NCBI GenBank assembly: GCA_030141605.1 | Contig: JAQGDQ010000090.1 | Location: forward strand, 1 to 64,000 | Length of the DNA stretch: 64,000 bases | From: Tubiluchus corallicola | Lineage: Eukaryota > Animalia > Priapulida | Reading direction: 5' to 3' | Shown here: piece after piece, positions 13,780 to 25,936 of the stretch | Layout of the letters: every line of letters starts with the position of its first letter | Position numbering within the stretch: position 1 is the first letter of the stretch | Notes under the pieces: generated by a model | The model's database searches: none | The model's input: only the letters and a program-made list of their open reading frames with translations | Told to the model about the DNA's origin: nothing | Position numbers and translations under genes: made by a program

Positions 13780-14592
13780 TATCATGTGCCTCTATAAAGT
13801 CTGTCTCAGTGACATCAGAAACACAAATATCATGCGCTTCTACACAGCCTGTTTCAGTGACATTAGAAACACAAATATCATGCGCTTCTACACAGCCTGT
13901 TTCAGTGACATTAGAAACACAAATATCATGCGCTTCTACACAGCCTGTTTCAGTGACATTAGAAACACAAATATCATGCGCTTCTACACAGCCTGTCTCA
14001 GTGACATCAGAAACACAAATATCATGCGCTTCTACACAGTCTGTTTCAGTGACATTAGAAACACAAATATCATGCGCTTCTACACAGCCTGTCTCAGTGA
14101 CATTAGAAACACAAATATCATGCGCTTCTACACAGCCTGTTTCAGTGACATTAGAAACACAAATATCATGCGCTTCTACACAGCCTGTCTCAGTGACATT
14201 AGAAACACAAATATCACGCGCTTCTACACAGTCTGTTTCAGTGACATTAGAAACACAAATATCATGCGCTTCTACACAGCCTGTCTCAGTGACATCAGAA
14301 ACACAAATATCATGCGCTTCTACACAGCCTGTTTCAGTGACATTAGAAACACAAATATCATGCGCTTCTACACAGCCTGTTTCAGTGACATCAGAAACAC
14401 AAATATCATGTGCTTCTACACAGTCTGTCTCAGTGACATTAGAAACACAAATATCATGCGCTTCTACACAGCCTGTTTCAGTGACATCAGAAACACAAAT
14501 ATCATGCGCTTCTACACAGCCTGTTTCAGTGACATCAGAAACACAAATATCATGCGCTTCTACACAGCCTGTTTCAGTGACATTAGAAACAT
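13780..14592. repeat. 48-bp minisatellite, about 17 copies
   Basis: Unit atatcatgcgcttctacacagcctgtttcagtgacattagaaacacaa, near-perfect and contiguous, with no spacers. Confidence 0.97.
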
Positions 14593-15559
14593 AAACATTT
14601 TTTGAATGCTATGAATTTTATAAAGTTCAAAATTTAAAATAAAAAAATCAATAAATATTTTACAGCTATTTAAACTAGTGTTAGCCTGATAAAGATAGGA
14701 TAGCAGTTGTGCGTAGGTGCATTATGAGCCAATTTTTTATTTTTAAATTGATTTTAACTAAAAGATTCGCGTTCGGATTGGCGCAATGAGGACTCGATTA
14801 TACATCACTGTACATAGACAATTATTTGCTAAATTTTTGCAAGTCACAATGCAGCATTTAAAGGTAGGCCTTCTGCGAATTTTGAAAGGTTGTGGCGGGA
14901 CAGGCATCTGTCTTACTTTCAAGAATAATGAACTAATCGATCTGTATTAGCTATGTTCGGATGTATACCCTTCTTCGGGAGTAGAAATGGGGCTTAGATG
15001 GAGGCGTTAGCTAGGTAAAACTATTTTTATTTTTCTCGGCTGCACCTGTTCATTTACTAACCAGACTTGGTGCCGTTTAGCTGTTTGAGCACGCATCTTG
15101 CCTTCTAAAAATGATTTTTGTCTATATAGTGAACCAGTTGTCTCTATAGTGAACCAACATCCCACACCTAAACAGCACAACTACTTATCAGAGAGTGATG
15201 TTTATGTCATAGATGCCTGATTTCAAAAATTTCCTTTGTTCTGTTATAAACAAGACCATGAAGAGATGAATGTTGATAAACAAGCAAGAAAATTATCATT
15301 ATTCCAGCTCCCGGCAAATCACGCTACAGTAATTACGTCACAGCGCGATGGGATAACCGTCTTGCGCATTAATATCCTAAGATGCGAGTGGGCAACTATA
15401 AAACTTTAGTAAAAACTAACCGCGGAGTTACATTAGATTCCTGTTCGTCTTAGACTATGCTTGCAACATCATGACTATTGCTTCAGCTGCATAAAAATAC
15501 AAGAAAATGATTTATAATGCTACTATGATGATTTTGTGGTAACAAGAAACTGAAGCAAG

Positions 15560-15796
15560 ATGAAGCTATGGCCTTTCATACTGCTGAGCAGTTTATGCTT
15601 TTTACAACACATTGTCAGAAACGTTACTGCAGATTCCAGAAAGGACATCTATTTTCTGGGACTAATCCCGTTTGATGGGCCCTGGAAGGGTGGGGAAGCA
15701 GTTCTTACTGTTCTACAAATGGCCCTAGATCATATTAACAACAACAACGACATCTTGCCTGATTATAAGCTGAATTTGGTGTGGAACGATACAAAA
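15560..15796 (+). CDS. GABA-B-like class C GPCR, exon 1 (signal peptide, start of Venus flytrap domain)
   Basis: MKLWPFILLSSLCFL signal; GPWKGG..ALDHIN...DILPDYKLNLVWNDTK; aaa|gtaagt donor. Confidence 0.92.
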
Positions 15797-18700
15797 GTAA
15801 GTAGTTACATTCATTTGTAATTTGTTTCCTGCTTTGAAAAAAACTTCTAATCTTTCTAATCTTATTAAGCTTCAACTGTTGCCTCCGTTAAATTGAAAAG
15901 CTTTCACGTATATTCTACTGTAAGTTGACCAAAAAAGAAACGTTAAAAAGTTAAAGTTATTTTTAAAAGGTTCGCTTAGATGCTAGCCCGTTCCGAATTG
16001 TTGCATTCGGTTTCCTCTATAAATAAACTGCTCTAATTTAAGAATTGATTTTGCCTACAGTGATCGCAAGGAATTATTCAATTTTACATGCCAGCGTTTG
16101 ATGGTATTTGAAAATTAATTTTCTTTTCAAGAATTTTGTTAATTCGCAGAACACACGGCTTGGTTCGGCTAAAATTTGTTTAGTATGGACTGCTGAAAGA
16201 AAAAAAGCTTCTAATTTTAAGGGACCTTCTATCGATGCACAACATATTAATGGTCCATAAACCAAAGACTAACCAATTATGGTATATCATGGCAAATTTA
16301 ATTGTTGACCTAATTTACCTGTGAAGAATTTAACAAGGTAAGTTCTTTACAGTCAAGCCGCTTTTTGCAGCCTATTTTGCAATGGCAAGAAAGTTGGATT
16401 AAGTGAGTTTGTCTTTATAACAAGGTGCATTATCACATACATATCTGCGCAAATATAAACATTTTGTTTTGTCAAAAATATGAACGTTAAGCGAAGTTGG
16501 TAATAACTGAAACTGAAATAGTGTACCATTTCAAATATAACAAATGCTATAGGAGAAACAGAATTATACCATACGTTTGGTGTCCTGTACGTTTGTTATT
16601 AACTACTTATTGCGCACTTCATGCATTGTTATAGTGTAATCTCTGTGACTTGAGCCTCGTTTCCTTGTGCCTTTATTTCTACTGCGCTGTTTTGGAACAT
16701 CCTGTAAATCTGTATGTTTAATGACAAGGCTGAAACTTCCACGCTTATTCCCAATAAAATAAATTGCCAAAAAGAAAGAAAATAAAAAGTACAATATAAT
16801 GTCAACATTTCTACTTCCTGCAGTGGAAGACAACTATGAAAAACTATAAACAAAAGCCCAAATAGAATAAATCAGTTCAGGACATTTCGTAATTGCGACA
16901 AATGAAACTTGCACTGTAATAAACGAATGAAGAGATCACAACATGATTACAAGATGATGACAACACAAAGTAAATCTTACGCTCTCAAAAATTTGAAAAT
17001 GTCGTATCATTTTGTGAATGCAACAGTGAATCTAATTAAGATTCATGAGTGTAATTCGCTTCTGATTAATTCTTACGCAAACTCACGAGCAGCTTAACGT
17101 TATGTGTGCGGTGACTGCGGTCATATAATAACAAACACACACGTACAGTAATCAGGCATGGCTGGTTTCTAAGTTCAATAAAGGTTGAATGTACCCAGGT
17201 TAAGTCAATAATAATAATAGCCATCAGCCATGATAATAACGATAGTAATAATAATAATAATACTTATCATAATAATAATCACAAGAACAAGAACAAAACA
17301 AGAACAAAACAACAACAACAACAACAGCAGCAGCAGCAATGTGATTATTGTGTTAAAAATATTTTTTTGTGCAAACATTACAAAGTTTCCTTTTCTGCAG
17401 GCGTACTGACGTTTCAGCAGCTGTAGTTGTAGCATGTCTTACTTGAACAGCTCTACATGTACACACCACACGTAAAATACATGCAGTGTACTGATTATGT
17501 TTATCAAATTACAGCAATGTCTACCAATAAGAAGCCCTGCAAAGTATCAGATTTTGGGATTTACAGGTTCATATGCAGTGGCGGCATGATTGTTACGTAT
17601 GTGCTACTTTGCAATATCCGAGATAACAATCCTGAGAGTCATTTTTCATTTTCTGTTTCACCTGCTGACTTTACTTCGATATTTATAATAATTCACATCC
17701 TCTGTCTATACTAGTTTATAAATGTTTCAAATTATCCTGTGTTACGGTAGTTTGTTCTGTCATAAAACAGGGTGAGTAAATTCTTCCTTTGCAGGCGTTT
17801 GTTATACAGAGTTTAAAACAGAAGAGCTTTGTTCAGTAACAATTTCGGTCTTTTTTTTTAAAGAGCTGCCATTGCTTTTTTCTCTGCTGCAGTAAATTTA
17901 GTTTGACATTTTGTAATTATCCAGCAAGAAAAGTAGTAAAGCTAACATGTTTACAATTTACATTGTGGACATAAGCAAAATGCAGTAAGTCAAATGATAC
18001 TGTTTAGGTTTTAAAATTATTATCTTAATGTATTTGTAACATGGAACTCAATAAAAATGTGAAGGGCAACTATTGGGCATTTTGCAGAATGGAAAAGAAA
18101 AATCGGAGAGTAGATACTACTTACATTACTAGCCTATTAAGTTAAAGTTCCCAAATATTTTTCCTGTTTAGATGATATTACTGGCCACAAAATTCATTAG
18201 GTTATGAAGTTGTTTATAGAAGCTAGAAAGTAATGGCTGTCAGACATCTCACAAAGATATTTTTTATTTCGTGGATTTCCTGGACCTAGTTTTCAATGAG
18301 TCTCGATTTTTGAAGTTTGACGTAACACACATCACTAATGTACTGCATTGACAAGGTATTTTGGTTTTAATGCGAATTTGCTTTTTTAATATACGTCCTG
18401 GAAGGTGAAGGTCAAATTCAACTGCAGTGCATTAAGTTAATGCAGGCATGCATTGTTAACAATGACAGCTAATCAACTTTCCCTAGTTCAGCTTCACAAA
18501 AAAAGTCTTAGCTCCAGCTTCCCTGAAATCTGAGATGCGCAAGTATCATAACAAGACTACTGAGCAGATGGTCTAGTTATTACATTCAGTGGATGAAAAG
18601 ATTGTAGTAGATACATTATCAGCATCATCTTATGCTTAGACGTGTATGAATGGTTTCTTATTGTATCATGCACATTGTGTCCATGCTTACAGATATAGTG

Positions 18701-19069
18701 TAACACACAAACGTGATAAACGTGATAATTGTCACTGTCAGAATGACCTTTTCTCGATTACGGCGATTCAGTTTACGAAGACACGTGTTCATCATAAATA
18801 TTAGTTGGATTAGCTTTTGAATTAAGCTGCCATTTATAAATTATCAGAAACATTCCCGGTATTCTATTTTCTTTTTCGGCAAACTACAATGTCTTAGTTT
18901 CTTATTTCGTTGCAATAGCTTTAACATACACCAGTTGTGTATTAAAAATTTACGTTGCTTGTTACAATGATACGTTAACAGACAAAATAAAAAAATCTGA
19001 CATCAAACAAAATAGTCATTGAATTAGTAAACTATTTCTTTCGTACAAGACTTTCACCACAATGTTGAT

Positions 19070-19320
19070 AATTACAATGATGATACCGAATATGATGTAA
19101 TGTAATAATGATAATGGTAATGGCTACAATAGTGCTGATACTTAATAATGATGATGATGATGATGACGACGACATTGATGATGTTGACAACGACGACATG
19201 ATGACAATGATGATGATGATGACAACGACGATGTTGTTGATGATGACATTAATGATGATGGTGACGGTGGCAATCTTCTGAAGACTGTTGAAAATGATGA
19301 TGAAGATGCTGATAATAACT
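19070..19320. repeat. Degenerate (GAT/GAC)n microsatellite
   Basis: gatgatgatgatgacgacgac runs directly upstream of GPCR exon 2. Confidence 0.9.
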
Positions 19321-19336
19321 TTGAATTTATTTGTAG

Positions 19337-19474
19337 TGCAATCCTGGTCGAGGAGTAGATGCAATGTATCGTCTCTTATATCAAGCACCAACTAAGATTA
19401 TGATGATCGGTCCATCGTGCAGTTCTGTTTCTGAAGCAACAGGAAGAGCGTCCCACTACTGGAATCTTGTGCAG
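19337..19474 (+). CDS. GABA-B-like GPCR exon 2
   Basis: tgtag|CNPGRG..PTKIMMIGPSCSSVSEATGRASHYWNLVQ|gtaatg. Confidence 0.92.
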
Positions 19475-19732
19475 GTAATGTCCACACGTAGCCTACTTCT
19501 GTTTCTGCAGCATAGGTAATGTCTTTTTAGAGTCCATTATTTTTTGGAGTTACAAGTAGGGGATCCCACCACTGTAAGCTTGTACAAGTATTGTTCATAG
19601 TCTTTCCTGTTTCTGAAGATGCAAGTGGAGCGTTCTTCTATTGGCGCCTTGTAAAAGTAATATTGATAGTTCCTTTCTGCTTCTGAAGCTACAAATAGAG
19701 TGCCCCATTATTAGGATCATGTACAGGTAATG

Positions 19733-19734
<2 letters not shown>

Positions 19735-19792
<58 letters not shown>

Positions 19793-19990
19793 GTCGTCGT
19801 CGTCGTCGTCGTCGTCGTCATCGTCATCATCATCGTCGTCGTCATCATCATCATATCATCACCATCATCACTTATACTGGCATGATTATCGTCATCGTTG
19901 TCATTGCCATTTTTATGGTCATCACATTTATGTTGTTGTTCTTGATATTGTCATCATCATCGTCACCATTACCATCGTCATCAGTATCAC
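19735..19990. repeat. (CAT/CGT)n microsatellite
   Basis: Long (cat)n, then (cgt)n, then degenerate. Confidence 0.95.
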
Positions 19991-20077
19991 AGTCAGCATC
20001 ACACCCAACTGTGTTAGTAACTACAAATACGTAATTTTGGGATTTCTTTAAACCGCTAATTCAATACTTTTTAACAG

Positions 20078-20245
20078 TGCGTTGCATCTGGCTCCCCTAA
20101 CTTATCGGATAAAACTCGTTTTCCCAGACTTTTTCGATCCATATCATCAGCTCTTCTGCGAAATCCCCCAACTGTGTTGCTCATGAAAAGAATGGGATGG
20201 CAGAGAGTAGCCACATTCACAGGAGACTCAGGAATGGCTTTTGCG
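20078..20245 (+). CDS. GABA-B-like GPCR exon 3
   Basis: aacag|CVASGSPNLSDKTRFPRLFRS..MGWQRVATF..AFA|gtaaga. Confidence 0.9.
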
Positions 20246-20630
20246 GTAAGATGTATGGGTGGTGTCGCAGATGTGGATGTCGTGAACCGAACTAAGTGAA
20301 ACTGGGAGTTGTGTTGTGCAGGTATGTCACAAACGGAAGTGGTGCTGGATGAGGCATGTTTTAGATGGAACAAAGTGGGACTGGACTAAAATGAAAATAG
20401 GATTGGTGCTGTATCGCGGATAGAACTAAGTTAAAGTGCAGTAGTCGTAGTCGTGGGTAAAGCGTGGTGATGGGAACAAAGTGAAAATGGGGAGTGGTGG
20501 TGGGTATCGCTTAGTAGATGGAGTTCTCCAAAGGAGAACTTAGAAATTGTGTAATAGCAATTATTAGTTTAATTATGGTCTGCAAAATCATTGCGAATGT
20601 TACTCATTGGTGTTTTGTTGCATTATGCAG

Positions 20631-20732
20631 ATTATTGAAGACCTCGTCAAGCAATTTTCCAGGAATAACATCACAATTATCACCAGTGAAGTTTTTGCTG
20701 ATGATCCTGTGATTCAGATGAACAATTTAAAA
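20631..20732 (+). CDS. GABA-B-like GPCR exon 4
   Basis: tgcag|IIEDLVKQFSRNNITIITSEVFADDPVIQMNNLK|gtaag. Confidence 0.9.
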
Positions 20733-20779
20733 GTAAGAATATTTTATTTTCGACACTTTATTTCTAGTTTAAACAAATT

Positions 20780-21400
20780 TAATTGGAATAGATTGGATTG
20801 GACTCGACCAGATTCAGTTAGAGCATATTAAATTAGCCTGGATTGGATTAGAAGTTTTGTTGAGTTGAAGTGCAGTGGAGTGGCCTGTAATGGCGAGCGT
20901 TTTGACCAAGCTGAGATGAAATATTGGCTTTGCGTAGGACTGTAGGACATGTCGGATTGTACTATGGTATTTCTGGCTATGCTATATTGTTGTGAGCTAC
21001 TTGAATTGGTTTAATCCGACCTGCAATGGCCGGATTGTTCAGGTTAGCTTAGGTATACCAAAAATTTACCGGATTTTCTGAAAAAATATATTGGAGATAG
21101 GTCGATTTGAATAGGTTGAACTGGGAATCGATAGATTGTTGGTTTGAGTTGGTTGGATCTTGTTCGGCTTGGATTGGATGGGATTAAGTTTTAAGTTGGG
21201 GTTGTTTGGTTTGGTTTGGCCTAGATGCAGTCAGATTTGGGTTGGCTTTGAGTTTAGGTTAGGTTTGGTTGGGTTAGCATGGACTGAGTTGGAATGGGTT
21301 GGATTGAGTTTGGATGGTGTAGAGTCGTTGGGGTTTCGGTCTGGTCGGGCTAGTTTGTTTGCATTATATAGGATTCTTGGTTTAGTTTGGCATGTAGCAC
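20780..21400. repeat. Degenerate pentamer (TTGGN)n low-complexity tract
   Basis: Runs of ttgga/ttggg/ttggt throughout. Confidence 0.7.
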
Positions 21401-21723
21401 GTTGTCTTGATTGTAAATATCACACTTTATTACTAGATCTGTAATACTGGTAAAAAGGAAAGCCTATAAACGAACCACATATATTTTTTGGTACAAAATA
21501 TATATTTATTATGTAAATGAAACTTCAACTAGAATAACTTTATGCATGATAACGCGATTTTGTCAGGGTTTTTGAGTGACCCGCATTTTGTACAAACTTG
21601 TCATTTTAGCATTTACTAATTTACTGCATAAACAACACGAATAAATAATATGTTTTTTAACCCGACGAAAGTAAGAATAAAACGAAGAATGTTTATGAAA
21701 ACAAGATTGAATTTTACTTGCAG

Positions 21724-21789
21724 AGACACGATGCTAGGATTATCGTTGGCTTTTTCTATGAGGATAAGGGACAGCGGGTGTTTTGCGAG
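21724..21789 (+). CDS. GABA-B-like GPCR exon 5
   Basis: tgcag|RHDARIIVGFFYEDKGQRVFCE|gtaaag; DARII..VFC is a GABA-B family signature. Confidence 0.93.
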
Positions 21790-23349
21790 GTAAAGTAAGT
21801 CAGCGTTTACAAAAAACTGTCTTTAGAGCTTTTCATTAATGGAGTTTTTTTTAGAGAAAATTCATATAAAAATTGAAAAACTTTCCAGAGTTAGGATCAG
21901 TTATTTTAATTATCTTATTGGGTAATTATAGTAGCTCTTATTGCAAAAATATTTTACAGAGGGCATGCTTAGTTTCTAATTTAAAAAATGGAAATAACAA
22001 AAGCATATATCCGTTATGTATAGCTGGTCGCATGATCATGGTGACGTCGTCACGGCATTAAGTCAGGACGTTAGCAAATCAGAGTACTGTGTTCAAGGTT
22101 CTCGAGCGTTTCTGTCACTTTTGTACGCCAAATTTACAGGATAATTATTTATTTGTGTAGGCTACTTGTCACTGGTGAAACACTTGTGTGCACGTGCAAA
22201 TTATTTAATCAGAACCAAAACGGAATTAAAAACTAATATTTGGATTTCAAATTTAATCATCAAGGCAACTATGCGAAATTAAATGTGATAACAATTTCTA
22301 ATAATACCTAATTCCTGCAAAAGTAACGTTGGCCGGCTACGCTTCTGTCTCTCATCAGAGTTATGGATCTGGTAACCATACTCTCCAACCACGCCACATC
22401 AGCTGTTTATCTTCAGTAATCTGTCACGTCCTCGCCAGCAAAACGTCCTTTGTCAATGGTCACCAATCCAGCCTCCGTACGGACGACACTTTGAAACTGC
22501 TCCAGCAATCCATTGGTTGAACTCGTGCGTAGTTGCCTCAGAGTCCACGTAATAAAGCCAGACTTCGTCCTTTTGCAGAGTGAAAAACAGAACAGTCATT
22601 TCAGACGAACAGACAGGCCATTAGTCCAAGTAGAACTTTGGTCATGTGTGTCCTCGACTGGTCTTCCACTACTACCCAGCGAGAATTAGAGTCCTGTTCT
22701 ATTGGTTACAATGCGCTTGTCTCTTGGAATGTCAAGACAGTGTCATCACAGCAGACAACGAATAAACAAAAGTAGACAAAATCATTGTCTTTGTCATAAA
22801 CCATCTGACTGCATACGAGTGCTATTAAAGACAGGTTCAAACCAAACTTGGTGTTGAGCCATATAAAATAACCTCTGGGTGTGGACTAACCAGCAGAACT
22901 CCACCAATCTGTAACTCCGGCAGTCAAAACATATCTAACTTAAAACATGAACTCTGTAGTAAGATCCTAAAACAGGTTGATGCCACTTGGAATTTGAATT
23001 TCAGGTAACCTGATTACAGGTAAGCAGAGAAATGAGCGGCCAGAGTCATCAGGTGTCAAAATCTTACAAAAACACGCAATGTTATATAGGTTTAAATAAA
23101 CAGTGTAGTAAATCAATAACGTAATTAGATCATTAATTATGCACGCACAACATCATACAATAGATATATCAAAATAGGTGTTGCGACAATGATGGGTGGT
23201 ATAACCGACCATCACAAACATCATATTGCAAAGTAGTACGAAACTGTTTGGATAGTGTTTAATAATGTAGCTACATATATAATAATTATCAAGCTAATTG
23301 TAATCCAACGTGCATATGATTATGTACTTTTAAGCGTTTGATGTTCTAG

Positions 23350-23689
23350 GCATATAAATTGGGTCTTCATCTGCCGAGACACCTCTGGTTCATTCCTGGA
23401 TGGTGGCAACCAGACTGGGCTAAGGTTCACGACGGGACGCACGACTGTACCTTAGAAGAACTTGCTATAGCAATTGATGGGACGTTGACAATCTCCAGGA
23501 CGCTGACTACACACCTGGAACACGTGGTAGGCGTGTCCGGTTTCACTGTGCGAGAATTGAAAGCTGAATACAATCGGAGGAAGAGAGGCAGAGTTCTGTT
23601 CGGAGACCCTCAAGTTGGTGCTCATTATGATGCCATATGGCTCATGGCTTTGGCTCTTAATGCTACAGTAGAAGATCTAAAACGTAAAG
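23350..23689 (+). CDS. GABA-B-like GPCR exon 6
   Basis: tctag|AYKLGL..WFIPGWW..CT.EEL..YDAIWLMALALN..KRK g|gtagca. Confidence 0.9.
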
Positions 23690-23759
23690 GTAGCAACCCA
23701 TATGTTTGTAAAATAACTTGAAAAATGTTTTGTCCGTATCCAAAAAGATGAGCATGAAT

Positions 23760-24250
23760 GTAGTGATGACGGCGACGAAGACAATGATGATGATGATGAT
23801 GATGATTATGAATATTGAATGATGTTGACGGTGGTAATGGTAAAGATATCGGCAATGGCATTGACAGTTATTGTAGTGATGTTGAATAATTAAGTGATGA
23901 TGATGACGATGACGATGTAAATAGTGACACTGACAATGATGATATGATGATCAGGATGATGTTAATGACGGCAATGATAATGATTTAGACTGTGACATTA
24001 ATGATGATTAAGACGATGTTGATGATATTGGTCATGAATATAATGCACAGGCGATAATGACATTGATGATAGTGACGATGATGATATTGAAATTGACTTT
24101 TATGGTGAAGGCAATGTTAAGGATGATATCGTAGTCGGTAAATTTATAACGATTGTGGTGATGATGATAACAAGTGCTAATAGTGGTAGTGGCGACAACA
24201 ATGTGGACTACAGTAATATTTATGGCTGATGGTGTTAGCCATGTAAATAT
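23760..24250. repeat. Degenerate (GAT)n microsatellite tract
   Basis: gatgatgatgacgatgacgatg-type runs. Confidence 0.85.
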
Positions 24251-24524
24251 GAAGTTAGAGGTGGTTAAATGGCAGCCACATTGATAACAATACCGGTAGC
24301 AGTGAAAGTGATGACAGTAATGTACATTGTCCAAGAATCTGTTATTTTTGACGTACGCAAAGTCGTACTAGTTGCACTTTCTGGGTGAACCTTATACATA
24401 TTTTTGTGTACTGTTCAGTTCAGTTTGGTAAATAAATATGTTATTTACTTGCAACAGATATATATTATTCTAAATATGTGAGGGGTATAAATTTATCAAA
24501 TTCTAAATTTGTTTCGTCTTTTAG

Positions 24525-24686
24525 GTTGTAATAAAACCCTTGGTCAGTTTGCATATGACGACCAAGAAATGGCCGACGCCATTTTTGAAAATATGAAAAA
24601 CGTTTCCATGTTTGGCTGGCAGGGGTTCGGGTACTTTGATGAAAATCATGATTTGTCTTCAACCTACGTTATTCGACAAATACACG
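24525..24686 (+). CDS. GABA-B-like GPCR exon 7
   Basis: tttag|gt CNKTLGQFAYDDQEMADAIFENMKNVSMFGWQG..FDEN..IRQIH g|gtaag. Confidence 0.9.
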
Positions 24687-24869
24687 GTAAGATGTAAAGA
24701 AAGAAAATTTATTATGGACAATCACAAAACAAAGGTTTAACAATTCTGAACAATCGTTTTGCAATATTTTAGTTCACGAAAGATGAAAGGAAAGGTTGTT
24801 TCTTGTTGGGTTTGGTTTTTCTAGTTTCTGCGAAACTAACTATGAAAATTTACTGTGAAATATACTGCA

Positions 24870-25003
24870 GTAGACTGACGGCCATATTGTTTAAATCTGC
24901 CATAGCAGTGTGAGTAGGCTGATGGTCATATTGCCTAAATCTGCTATGGCGGTGTGAGTAGACTGGTGGATATATTGTTTAAATGTGCTATGGCAATGTA
25001 GTA
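24870..25003. repeat. About 44-bp tandem repeat, 3 copies
   Basis: Variants of gtagactgacggccatattgtttaaatctgccatagcagtgtga. Confidence 0.85.
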
Positions 25004-25108
25004 CGTTGCTGTGTTACTACGTTAATACTTACGTAATAACAGATTAGTCAAAATAACTCACAACCCTCCAGAACTTTGCCATAGAAAATTCTATTTTTCT
25101 CATCGCAG

Positions 25109-25225
25109 GAAATGGAACAATCAGACCAGTGGCTTATTATTTTCACGATTACGAGCAGAAAACTGATAGCGGTAGAAGAGAGTCTGTCCTACAGTTTCTG
25201 CCAGAATCACCTGTTATTTGGAGAA
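25109..25225 (+). CDS. GABA-B-like GPCR exon 8
   Basis: tcgcag|ga NGTIRPVAYY..ESPVIWR a|gtaagt; phase 1-1 fits both neighbours. Confidence 0.82.
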
Positions 25226-25249
25226 GTAAGTAAAACCCCCTTTTGCTTT

Positions 25250-25632
<383 letters not shown>

Positions 25633-25691
25633 TCCTGTTTTTTCCAATATAACTCTTTGTGTTATTTCTTTTTTCCGATTTCTTTTACGTT

Positions 25692-25936
25692 TGTTATGAG
25701 TTGGAGTTGGTTACAAAAACACGGTGAATAAACGGAGAAGCATTGGCGACATTACTTCATTTTTATTGCCAGTGAACACAAAATAACAAAAACAAAACAT
25801 CGGGGTTGTCATCCTGAGCAGCCGACATTACTTCTACCTCTATAACAACTAACTAACTAGGTCAAAAGCAAGTTAGAGAACACAGGTGAGAAGCCAACCT
25901 AGCGCTTAAATTAGAATCGGCAGGCGGGTCATAACA
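25692..25936 (-). mobile_element. Solo LTR (Gypsy-like)
   Basis: TGTTATGA...TCATAACA termini, perfect 4-bp TSD CGTT, minus-strand AATAAA; second copy at 58573-58820. Confidence 0.85.

Noticed and set aside
13766-14605. 279-aa and 273-aa ORFs, and a CRISPR-like look
   Set aside because: Both ORFs are translations of the 48-bp minisatellite. Units are contiguous with no unique spacers, there are no cas genes, and the context is eukaryotic.
19032-24334. Ile/His-rich minus-strand ORFs (19032, 23625, 24032)
   Set aside because: Translations of (GAT)n microsatellites.
24870-25003. 44-bp repeats as an echo of receptor exon 7 (gccgacgccatttttgaaaat)
   Set aside because: Similarity is short and gapped, and the repeats are not adjacent to the donor; could be chance.
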